From Candidatus Heimdallarchaeota archaeon (GTDB taxonomy: Archaea; Asgardarchaeota; Heimdallarchaeia; Heimdallarchaeales; Heimdallarchaeaceae), in assembly GCA_021399395.1 (NCBI GenBank), contig JAAFKJ010000192.1, positions 1 through 10,240 on the forward strand: a stretch of DNA of 10,240 nt. Direction: 5' to 3'. The notes under the pieces were generated by a model. The model did no database searches and was not told the origin of the DNA. It was given only the letters and a program-made list of their open reading frames with translations. Positions within the stretch are counted from its first letter, which is position 1. Every line of letters starts with the position of its first letter. A program made the translations under genes and the position numbers. Below are positions 1 to 7,155 of the stretch, in pieces.

Positions 1-2
1 AC

Positions 3-2153
3 TTCTTGAAGAAGAATAACTTTTTGTCGTTTTATAAATTTCAACAAGAGGCTTTTGAGACAATAACAGAAGGTAAAGACACTATTATTGTTGCACCTAC
101 TGGTACTGGTAAAACGGAAGCTTTTCTCTTACCCATCATAACTAAAATTTGGAATATATCTTCTCACCCACTATTAAGGAGGGGGGTTTCTGCTATTCTG
201 ATTTACCCAACCAAAGCATTAGCAAGAGATCAAGAGAAAAAAATAAGTAAATATGGTTCACCTCTAAGTGTTACCTGCGAAGTGTTTGATGGGGATACTC
301 CTAAGACATTGAGAGAAAAGATAATGGATTCACCTCCAGATATGTTGATAACTAATCCCGATATGTTGCATTACCATCTGAGAAATCCTCAGTTTACAAC
401 TCTTCTTAATGATTTGAAATTTGTCATAATTGATGAAGTACATATAGCAACGGGTGCATTTGGTTCCAATTTATATTTTATACTAAAACGCCTTCAAAGG
501 TTTGCAAAAACCAAACTTCAGTTTATTGGATCTTCTGCAACTATAGGAAACGCAAAAGAATTTACAAAGCAACTGTTTGATAGAGAAATAACAGAAATTA
601 GCATAGAAGAAGCAAGAAAGGCCCCAACACATCTTCTAATCACTATTCCTTGGAAAGTAAGTCAATATACTATCACTTCAGAAATCACTCGTCAGCTAGT
701 TAATGCTGGACATAAAACTCTTTGTTTTCAGAATAGTCATAAAAATGCAGAAATTATCAATTTGCTCTTGAAATCAGCAAGAATTCGTTCTTCAGTTCAT
801 CGAGCTGGTTTGACAAGGGAATATAGAAACAGAATTGAAACTCAATTTAGAAATGGTGATGTGGATGCACTTGTATCTACTCCAACATTGGAATTAGGAA
901 TAGATATCGGTGATGTGGATGGTGTCGTATCTTCAATTGTTGATATTACAAGTTTTACTCAAAGATTGGGAAGGGCAGGGAGGAAAGGACAAGAATCTGT
1001 AGGAACCCTTGTTCTGAGAAGCGATGACCCTATTAGTACTTTCTATTGTATTTATCCAGAATCATATTTTGATGACATTAGACGTGGATATGTTGAACCA
1101 AGCAACGAAATTGTCTCTTATTATCAACTTCTAGCTGCTGTTTTGGAGAAGAACATCGAAGAAGATGAATTCAAAGATCACAAGGATGTTCTTGAAAAAC
1201 TTGAGAAAGAATCACTGATAAGGAAAACTGATTCTGGTTCATTCAGAGTTCAATCACGAGCTGAGGTGGTTCGCCGATTACAATCTTACTCAATAAGAGG
1301 AATGGGAGATAATCTTATCCTAAAGGATGATAAAGGTAAAAGAATGGGTGAAAGATCCATGCCAATGGCTGCGAGGGAAATACATCCTGGTGCTATTTAC
1401 CTACATGGCGGTAAACACTATCAAGTGTCATCTTTCAAATATAATCCAAAATTTGGAGGGGGAGAAATAACACTTAAAGCTATTCAACCAGTAAACCAAA
1501 AAACAACAGCAAATAGATTTGCAATACCAACGATTCTTAAAATAAATGAAAGAAAGGAGGTAATGGGGTCAGAAGTGATTTATTGTGACTTGCAGATAAC
1601 TGAACATGTTACAGGTTACAAAGTATCCGACATTTTTACGAATAAATTGTTACAAGCGAAGGATTTTGATGAGCCGATAATTTATACTTTCGCGACCAAA
1701 GGTTTCATGTTTACTATGCCAGAGCCTACAAAAATGCTTAACGAACTTCAACATATTTCTGAAGATGTTATTTTAAATGGTACATTTCACGCAGTTGAGC
1801 ATGTAGTGATTGAATCAAGTTCAATGCTTACTGGAGGTGGGAGTTCAGAAATTGGTGGGATTTCCATGGGAAAATCTGGAGCAATATTTGTATATGATGG
1901 AGCTAAAGGAGGAAGTGGTCTATCCAAATTGCTCTATGATCGATTGGAAGAAGGTTTTCAACGATCATTGGAAATTCTGAAGAACTGTAAATGCTCAACA
2001 GATGATGGGTGTCCGAGATGTACTTATTCATACCAATGTGGTAATAACAATCAACCACTAAATAAATTGGGGGCAGTAGAATCTTTAGGACAACTTGGAA
2101 AATTGAAATTGAAAGTAGTAGAAAATTACAATGAATTTGAATCATATGTGTGA
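3..2153 (+). CDS. SF2 DEAH-box helicase with C-terminal DUF1998 Zn-binding domain (Hrq1/SftH/MrfA/YprA family); probably 5'-truncated
   Basis: Q motif FYKFQQEA, motif I APTGTGKT, Ia IYPTKALARDQ, Ib ITNPDMLH, II DEVH, III SAT, V STPTLELGIDIG, VI QRLGRAGR. C-terminus has HAVEH...DGAKGGSG...CKCSTDDGCPRCTYSYQCGNNNQPLNK. The frame is open upstream of TTG at 6 to the window edge, so the true start may lie outside. Confidence 0.93.
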   Translation, partial: FLKKNNFLSFYKFQQEAFETITEGKDTIIVAPTGTGKTEAFLLPIITKIWNISSHPLLRRGVSAILIYPTKALARDQEKKISKYGSPLSVTCEVFDGDTPKTLREKIMDSPPDMLITNPDMLHYHLRNPQFTTLLNDLKFVIIDEVHIATGAFGSNLYFILKRLQRFAKTKLQFIGSSATIGNAKEFTKQLFDREITEISIEEARKAPTHLLITIPWKVSQYTITSEITRQLVNAGHKTLCFQNSHKNAEIINLLLKSARIRSSVHRAGLTREYRNRIETQFRNGDVDALVSTPTLELGIDIGDVDGVVSSIVDITSFTQRLGRAGRKGQESVGTLVLRSDDPISTFYCIYPESYFDDIRRGYVEPSNEIVSYYQLLAAVLEKNIEEDEFKDHKDVLEKLEKESLIRKTDSGSFRVQSRAEVVRRLQSYSIRGMGDNLILKDDKGKRMGERSMPMAAREIHPGAIYLHGGKHYQVSSFKYNPKFGGGEITLKAIQPVNQKTTANRFAIPTILKINERKEVMGSEVIYCDLQITEHVTGYKVSDIFTNKLLQAKDFDEPIIYTFATKGFMFTMPEPTKMLNELQHISEDVILNGTFHAVEHVVIESSSMLTGGGSSEIGGISMGKSGAIFVYDGAKGGSGLSKLLYDRLEEGFQRSLEILKNCKCSTDDGCPRCTYSYQCGNNNQPLNKLGAVESLGQLGKLKLKVVENYNEFESYV

Positions 2154-2159
2154 TTTTTT
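2154..2159 (+). terminator. Candidate archaeal oligo-T terminator after the helicase
   Basis: T6 tract directly after the TGA stop (TGATTTTTTG). Confidence 0.35.
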
Positions 2160-2265
2160 GAATGAATATTCTTACATCTCAAACTTAGTGTAATACCACA
2201 GATATGCTTACAATCTTATCTCTGTCTCATGTGCTTTTATGTTGTATTTAAGCTGTTTTGGTTTA

Positions 2266-2679
2266 ATGATGACAGTTGATTATGACTCAGAAGAGTTTGT
2301 CGATATTGCTCTCAATTGTATTTTTCCTTCAAGTGAGGAGATAGAACCAGATATTCTTAAGGAAATAACTGTTTTCCTTGAAGAGAGTGAAAATCATGTT
2401 TCACCAGAAGATGCAGAAATTGTAAGGGGTGAAGTGAGAAAGGCTTTGATTCATTTCAAAAATCGACCATATCTATACAACACTCGTAAGAAAATGGAGA
2501 AACTTCTGAAATCGAATGACAATTGGAAAAGATTTATCGTCGCACCAAGTTCTTTTGTTTCGGAATTCCGAGAAGCTGGATTAAACAATGAAGAAATAGA
2601 TCTGCTAAGAATTTCCTTGAAAACAGCTAGGACTTCTTACAATGCTATGAAAAACATTCCTCTTCCACGAGTAGTATAA
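2266..2679 (+). CDS. Hypothetical alpha-helical soluble protein (~137 aa)
   Basis: ORF 2239..2679 fills the gap between neighbours and has protein-like charged, amphipathic composition. In-frame ATGATG at 2266/2269 (MMTVDYDSEE) looks a more plausible start than 2239, with TTTTAT at ~2235-2240 about 26 nt upstream. No recognisable motif. Confidence 0.7.
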   Translation: MMTVDYDSEEFVDIALNCIFPSSEEIEPDILKEITVFLEESENHVSPEDAEIVRGEVRKALIHFKNRPYLYNTRKKMEKLLKSNDNWKRFIVAPSSFVSEFREAGLNNEEIDLLRISLKTARTSYNAMKNIPLPRVV

Positions 2680-2789
2680 CTCTAATCGATTCATAATCAA
2701 GTTTTAATACTCTAAAAGAAAACTTATTTTGATTTAAACTTTGAATTATTTCGAAGTTGGTACATGCAAAAAAAGGATTGGTGGGCTGA

Positions 2790-3701
2790 ATGCAGAAAGA
2801 AGATTTATTTGAGATTCTAGATAATCATCTTTTTAGTAATTCTTATCTTGATATAAAGAAATTGAGTGAAAAGATTCAAATAAGTCAAAAAGAAATCAAA
2901 GAATTTTTTTCTCGAAAATCAGAGGAAATGGGGTTCATAAAAGACGGTAGTTCTATCTATTTTGCTCATGAGATTATAAGAGAAAATATTGAAGACATAA
3001 AAGATTCTTTTTGGCTTTGGTTCTTGCGTTGTGTACCAAGTTATAGCGATCTTGCTTGGGAAGAAGGATCTGCAATTGCTGATACATCAAAAATAAAGGT
3101 AATTCCTTCACGAACCTCCTCTAAAAGCATGATACAGGCTTTTACAGCAAGAATTCTTATTCTTGGAGAAGAAAAAACTGGTAAGCAATCATATGTTTAT
3201 GCTCTGTCAGGCGATTCTCTTAACAGACCGGCCCCAGGTGTATTTTCAGGAAAAATCTCTAGAACCTTAGATGAATTTGAGACTGATTTCGAAAGCATTA
3301 TCTTGGATATTCCTCCAGATTCTCCTTTGTGGATTTATGCGAAGGCTTCCTTTGGAGTTATCCTTACTTATGATCTCTCGGAACCTCAAACCTTTGAGAA
3401 GTTGCTGTATTGGTTAGATACTTTCTCAGATTCATATTCATATGAACTGTGTCCTCCAATTATGCTGCTCGGAACGAAAAAGGATTTACTTACCAGAGAC
3501 GAAATAGCTGTTTACATAAAACAAGCTGATTCCCTAAGAGAACAAATTGAACAAGAATATGGTACTATAGCATTGAGTGAGATGGTATCTTTAACAGATG
3601 GGGGTAATGTTTTAAACTCCTTTGAGAGTTTTGCAAAAACAATCCGTCAGTGGTATCAGATAATCAAACAAGAATATCTTGATGACAATCCAATGGCTTA
3701 A
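2790..3701 (+). CDS. Divergent Ras/Rab-like small GTPase domain fused to an N-terminal winged-helix-like region
   Basis: ARILILGEEKTGKQS (G1-like, 3165-3191), ILDIPPD (G3 position, lacks DxxG), YAKASFGVILTYDLSEPQTFEKLLYWL (RabF4/F5-like, compare YYRGA..LLVYDIT..SF..L..W), PIMLLGTKKDL (G4-like), EMVSLTDGGNVLNSF (G5-like). Confidence 0.75.
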   Translation: MQKEDLFEILDNHLFSNSYLDIKKLSEKIQISQKEIKEFFSRKSEEMGFIKDGSSIYFAHEIIRENIEDIKDSFWLWFLRCVPSYSDLAWEEGSAIADTSKIKVIPSRTSSKSMIQAFTARILILGEEKTGKQSYVYALSGDSLNRPAPGVFSGKISRTLDEFETDFESIILDIPPDSPLWIYAKASFGVILTYDLSEPQTFEKLLYWLDTFSDSYSYELCPPIMLLGTKKDLLTRDEIAVYIKQADSLREQIEQEYGTIALSEMVSLTDGGNVLNSFESFAKTIRQWYQIIKQEYLDDNPMA

Positions 3702-3724
3702 GATCAAATCCTTAACAATCGCTT

Positions 3725-3739
3725 CGAAAAAATTAAATG
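3725..3739 (+). promoter_or_regulatory. Candidate BRE-TATA promoter of the glycosyltransferase gene
   Basis: CGAAAAAA followed by TTAAAT (3733-3738), 45-55 nt upstream of the start. AT-rich background limits certainty. Confidence 0.3.
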
Positions 3740-3783
3740 CTTGATATTGTTTAATATCTTAAGATTAGAAAGCAAGGCTATGA

Positions 3784-5505
3784 GTGAAAATAATGGAGAA
3801 ATTGAAAAGCTTACAACTTCGATTCCTGGATAAAGCCAAACAAAAACATGGCAAAAAACTCAAGATCCTGGTAATTGTTCTTATCGCAATTTCTTTGTTA
3901 ATAGCTTCTCTAATTGTTAAGGACATGGTTTCGAATTGGTATTGGGATAATCATGGATTAGGATTTTATTGGACAGACCCAACGTTATTTGAAACTGTGT
4001 ACACAGGTAAAGTTTGGTATATAGAGGCTTATGTAGATGCTTCTTATTATTACGAACCTTATTTACAGGCATTCAGATATGAAAACTGGAACCCTTATGC
4101 AGGCGGTCCTGGACCATTAAATGGGTATGCTTATGGTCCAATGTTCATTTTTGGAATATACTTTATCTCACTAATAATAAGTATGCTCTTTCCTCAGATG
4201 CCGATAACTGAATTAGTTCCTTTATCTGTAAAATGGACACACATAGCGTTTGATTCGTTATCAGTTGTAATGGTTTATCTAGTTGTAATATTCCTCAAAT
4301 CTTTCAAGAAAAACGAATTGAAAAGACATACCTTTGGTATTCTAGCAGCGGCAATTTTTGCTTGTATGCCTATAAATTTAATTTATGTGGACAGCCTCTA
4401 TCTTAATACTCCTCAAATGACTTTTTTCACTCTGTTGAGTCTCTTATTATTTATGAAAGAGAAGTATAGAGTAGGGGCATTCATTCTATCAGTTGCATGG
4501 CTTACTAAACAGATGTCCCTATTTTTGCTAATTCCTTGGTTTTTCATAGTATGGAAGAAGAAATCTTTGAAATCAGCTTTTATGGATTTCTTGTTCCCAT
4601 TCCTCCTTACGACAATATTAATCTCTTTACCTTGGCTTATAATGACGCCAAGAAACTATTTGAGAAGAGTTTTTGGCCCCGGTAGCCCTGTAAGAATATT
4701 CGATGTTAACACTGCTCTAACTGCTGCTAACAATGGCCGAACGGTTACTCTAGCACATAGTTTCTTATATCTAGAAAATGAAGCATTGGCGTTATTCTAT
4801 CATAAGATAAATCTGTATATGATACCCTTCGTGTTTTTCTATCTCCTTGCTGTTTTATTCGCTTATTTCAATGGAGATAAAATAGGCAATAACGAATCTT
4901 ACCTCATTATACTCTCAACATGGATTCTTGTAAGTACTCATCTTTTCATTTCTAGAGGTGTATACAAGTACTATAACGCATTTCTTACTCCTTTTGTTGT
5001 GATCAGTCTTCTAGTATTTTTTGATGACATTCTACCAAAAACTGTTCAACAAATACCAAAAACATACAAAAGGTTGCAACTATTATTAATTATTATTGAA
5101 ACGAGAATTCTAAAAAGAACAACAGAAATAGAAATAAAAATAATAGAAATAAAACCCAAGCAAGAAAAAATAATTTCAAATGTATTTCTAGCCCTGACAT
5201 TCTTAGGTTCGTGTTTTGCTTTTTATTATTTTAACTGGATTTTAATTGTAAACACAAGATTTTTACACCCGCTATATCTCTTAATTTTGTTTGTAGTAAT
5301 CAGCTTACTTATCCCTCCTTCTATTTACTTAAGCTTGTTCAAAGCTGGTTCCTACAAAATGATCTGGACCGATTTAGTTTACATCTACAATGAAACAGTT
5401 AAAGGAATAGTTTCAGCAGGTAAATCTACTCAAAGTTTTTTTGTGGGAATATATAAGAAAACCAAGAACTTTGTTCGTAAATCTGAAAATGAAGAAGACA
5501 AGTGA
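3784..5505 (+). CDS. Multi-pass membrane GT-C superfamily glycosyltransferase (GT87/PimE/PMT-like)
   Basis: About 10-12 hydrophobic segments. First external loop carries DASYYY...WNPY...YAYGPMF, resembling the GT87 D..Y...PY...Y.YPP pattern. Also AWLTKQ, SLPWL and YKYY. Start is GTG 3784 or ATG 3793. Confidence 0.7.
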   Translation: MKIMEKLKSLQLRFLDKAKQKHGKKLKILVIVLIAISLLIASLIVKDMVSNWYWDNHGLGFYWTDPTLFETVYTGKVWYIEAYVDASYYYEPYLQAFRYENWNPYAGGPGPLNGYAYGPMFIFGIYFISLIISMLFPQMPITELVPLSVKWTHIAFDSLSVVMVYLVVIFLKSFKKNELKRHTFGILAAAIFACMPINLIYVDSLYLNTPQMTFFTLLSLLLFMKEKYRVGAFILSVAWLTKQMSLFLLIPWFFIVWKKKSLKSAFMDFLFPFLLTTILISLPWLIMTPRNYLRRVFGPGSPVRIFDVNTALTAANNGRTVTLAHSFLYLENEALALFYHKINLYMIPFVFFYLLAVLFAYFNGDKIGNNESYLIILSTWILVSTHLFISRGVYKYYNAFLTPFVVISLLVFFDDILPKTVQQIPKTYKRLQLLLIIIETRILKRTTEIEIKIIEIKPKQEKIISNVFLALTFLGSCFAFYYFNWILIVNTRFLHPLYLLILFVVISLLIPPSIYLSLFKAGSYKMIWTDLVYIYNETVKGIVSAGKSTQSFFVGIYKKTKNFVRKSENEEDK

Positions 5506-5541
5506 TTGCTTTAGTACCTCTTTCGCTTTGCCCGTATACTT

Positions 5542-5553
5542 AAAAGTTAAATA
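5542..5553 (+). promoter_or_regulatory. Candidate BRE-TATA promoter of the pilin gene
   Basis: AAAAG followed by TTAAATA (5547-5553), ~45 nt upstream of ATG 5598. Confidence 0.35.
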
Positions 5554-5597
5554 TCAAGATATAATAATATAGTTTAGTAGAACGTTAGGGATTACAT

Positions 5598-6167
5598 ATG
5601 TTCAATAAATTGCGCAAATCTAGAAGAGCTGTTTCGGAAGTATTGGCAACTGTAATAATAATCTCTCTTGTTCTTGCAGCTACAGCACTTGTAAGCGCAA
5701 TACTAACAAATGTGAATATAGCTGATTTATTTGGTTATTTAGCTGTTCCTGAAACTAAGGAAGTAACCCTTACCATGGATGTTATAGTAATTAATGATAC
5801 AGACTTGGATTCCTTAACTGATACAGTAATAGTGTATCTATCTCTAGATGTAGATTCTCCAAGTATCTATGTTTATGATGTTGACCTACAACTTCCTACC
5901 GGAGACACGTTGGATGATATTACGCCATGGTCCATTTTAGCGACATCTCAATCTTGGAATACTGAATTTAACGGTTATACTATTCTGTATGGTCATATTA
6001 ATGCTTCATTTACAATTCAAATTAATGATTTTGTACAGGATGACGCAGAACTAAGTTCTGGAACTTCTTTTTCACTAATTTTCCATTATACTTATATCTC
6101 AGATTTAGGCGGACAAATCAGAACTATGTCTGATTATTATGTGAGCTCGTTATTAATCGCTCCATGA
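5598..6167 (+). CDS. Archaeal type IV pilin / archaellin-like N-terminal domain protein
   Basis: Class III signal peptide MFNKLRKSRRA|VSEVLATVIIISLVLAATALV: basic leader, [RK][GA] cleavage site, S at +2, long hydrophobic helix. It is followed by an acidic beta-rich domain with sequons NDT and NAS. Confidence 0.85.
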   Translation: MFNKLRKSRRAVSEVLATVIIISLVLAATALVSAILTNVNIADLFGYLAVPETKEVTLTMDVIVINDTDLDSLTDTVIVYLSLDVDSPSIYVYDVDLQLPTGDTLDDITPWSILATSQSWNTEFNGYTILYGHINASFTIQINDFVQDDAELSSGTSFSLIFHYTYISDLGGQIRTMSDYYVSSLLIAP

Positions 6168-6209
6168 CAAATATCTCTCAATAGAATATATTTTTCACTT
6201 GCTGTCTAC

Positions 6210-6222
6210 AAAAGAATTAAAA
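6210..6222 (+). promoter_or_regulatory. Candidate BRE-TATA promoter of the Rab-like gene
   Basis: AAAAGAA followed by TTAAAA (6217-6222), ~30 nt upstream of ATG 6253. No SD, consistent with a near-leaderless transcript. Confidence 0.35.
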
Positions 6223-6252
6223 TGATGAAGAAAAATTAGCATATTAGATAAT

Positions 6253-6984
6253 ATGTCACTCGAACCAAAAAGAGCTTACAAAATTGTTCTTATCGGCGAT
6301 CCCGAAGTGGGCAAAACTTCTATTAGAAGGAAATATATGGGAAAGTCATTTAGAGCTGACTATCTTAAAACTTTGGGGGCAGATTTTGCTGCTCAAAAAG
6401 TTAATGTGGAAGGAGAATCAGTTCTTTTAACAATCTGGGATTTAGCAGGTCAATCAATCTTTCATGGTATGAGGTCATCTTTTTATCATGGGTGTAAATG
6501 CGCACTTGTTGTTTTTGATGTCACAAACCCTCAAACGTTGGAAAATTGCTACAAATGGGCAGACGAAGCGGCAAAATATGCTAAAAGCTCATTAAAAGAA
6601 ATTTATCTAATTGGTAATAAAATCGATCTGGTGGATGATCGTTTAGTTACCCCTGTAGATATCCAATCAACAGCTGAAAGGTTTGAACAAGCTTTCAAGT
6701 TCCCAATAGAGATATATGAAACTTCAGCCTTAACTGGTGAAAACATCATTGAACTATTTGAGCATATGAGTAGAAGATTAATAATCGGTGATGAAACCAA
6801 AGAAGAACAGCAAGAAGTGCAAATTGAAAGCGAAAAGATTGAGCAAGAAGAAGAGGCTAGTAAGGAAGGGAAAGAAGAAAGTAATGTGGACATTATCAAG
6901 ATGCTTGAATCACTGGAAAAAAGAATAAACAGCATTAATGATGATTTGAGTGAAATCAGAAAACATATCAAAAAAGATGACTAA
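6253..6984 (+). CDS. Rab-like small GTPase (Ras superfamily) with acidic linker and C-terminal coiled coil
   Basis: G1 GDPEVGKT, G2/RabF1 YLKTLGADF, G3 IWDLAGQ, RabF4-like FYHGC, RabF5-like VVFDVT, G4 GNKID, G5 ETSALTG. No C-terminal Cys prenylation motif. Confidence 0.93.
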   Translation: MSLEPKRAYKIVLIGDPEVGKTSIRRKYMGKSFRADYLKTLGADFAAQKVNVEGESVLLTIWDLAGQSIFHGMRSSFYHGCKCALVVFDVTNPQTLENCYKWADEAAKYAKSSLKEIYLIGNKIDLVDDRLVTPVDIQSTAERFEQAFKFPIEIYETSALTGENIIELFEHMSRRLIIGDETKEEQQEVQIESEKIEQEEEASKEGKEESNVDIIKMLESLEKRINSINDDLSEIRKHIKKDD

Positions 6985-6996
6985 GGGCGAATGGAG

Positions 6997-7040
6997 ATTT
7001 TTGTCACCTTTTTAAACATTCTAGAAAAATATTTTTGTCA
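6997..7040 (+). terminator. T-rich candidate terminator region containing a 10-bp direct repeat
   Basis: T5 tracts at 6998-7002, 7009-7013 and 7032-7036. ATTTTTGTCA occurs at 6997-7006 and 7031-7040. Confidence 0.35.
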
Positions 7041-7060
7041 AAATTCAACTAAGGTTCCGT

Positions 7061-7105
7061 ATATATTGTATACTAGTAATATAATGCAATATATTTTTAT
7101 ATTAC
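7061..7105 (+). promoter_or_regulatory. Candidate TATA box (TTTATAT 7096-7102) with interlocking inverted repeats (possible operator)
   Basis: ATATATTG 7061-7068 pairs with CAATATAT 7087-7094. GTAATATAA 7076-7084 pairs with TTATATTAC 7097-7105. Confidence 0.4.
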
Positions 7106-7140
7106 ATCGCCTTAGATGAAATGCTTACAATAATGTAGGC

Positions 7141-7147
7141 AAGGTGA
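7141..7147 (+). promoter_or_regulatory. Archaeal Shine-Dalgarno site
   Basis: AAGGTGA, 8 nt before ATG 7156. Confidence 0.7.
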
Positions 7148-7155
7148 AATAAAAG

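Noticed and set aside
1903-2145. 80-aa minus-strand ORF
   Set aside because: Antisense shadow inside the conserved DUF1998 region of the helicase; no motifs.
3-2679. Helicase + DUF1998 as part of a DISARM/Druantia-type defence system
   Set aside because: Compact Hrq1/SftH-like architecture with the CGNNN.PL.K end; no methylase, PLD nuclease or Drm partners in the window, so a DNA-repair role is more parsimonious. Upstream context is unseen.
2764-2805. Near-duplicate start (ATGCAAAAAAAGGATT / ATGCAGAAAGAAGATT) with A7 run; possible slippage-controlled N-terminal extension
   Set aside because: Only 13/16 identity in A-rich sequence, and an in-frame TGA at 2787-2789 blocks any extension into the main ORF.
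5122-5154. ATAGAAATAAAA-type short repeats encoding EIEIKIIEIK
   Set aside because: Low-complexity coding loop with frame intact; not a regular VNTR or CRISPR-like array.
6603-6971. 122-aa Ser/Leu-rich minus-strand ORF
   Set aside because: Composition is the reverse complement of the GAA-rich tail of the Rab-like gene.
7025-7036. Perfect palindrome AAAAATATTTTT
   Set aside because: A/T-only palindrome expected by chance in an AT-rich intergenic region.
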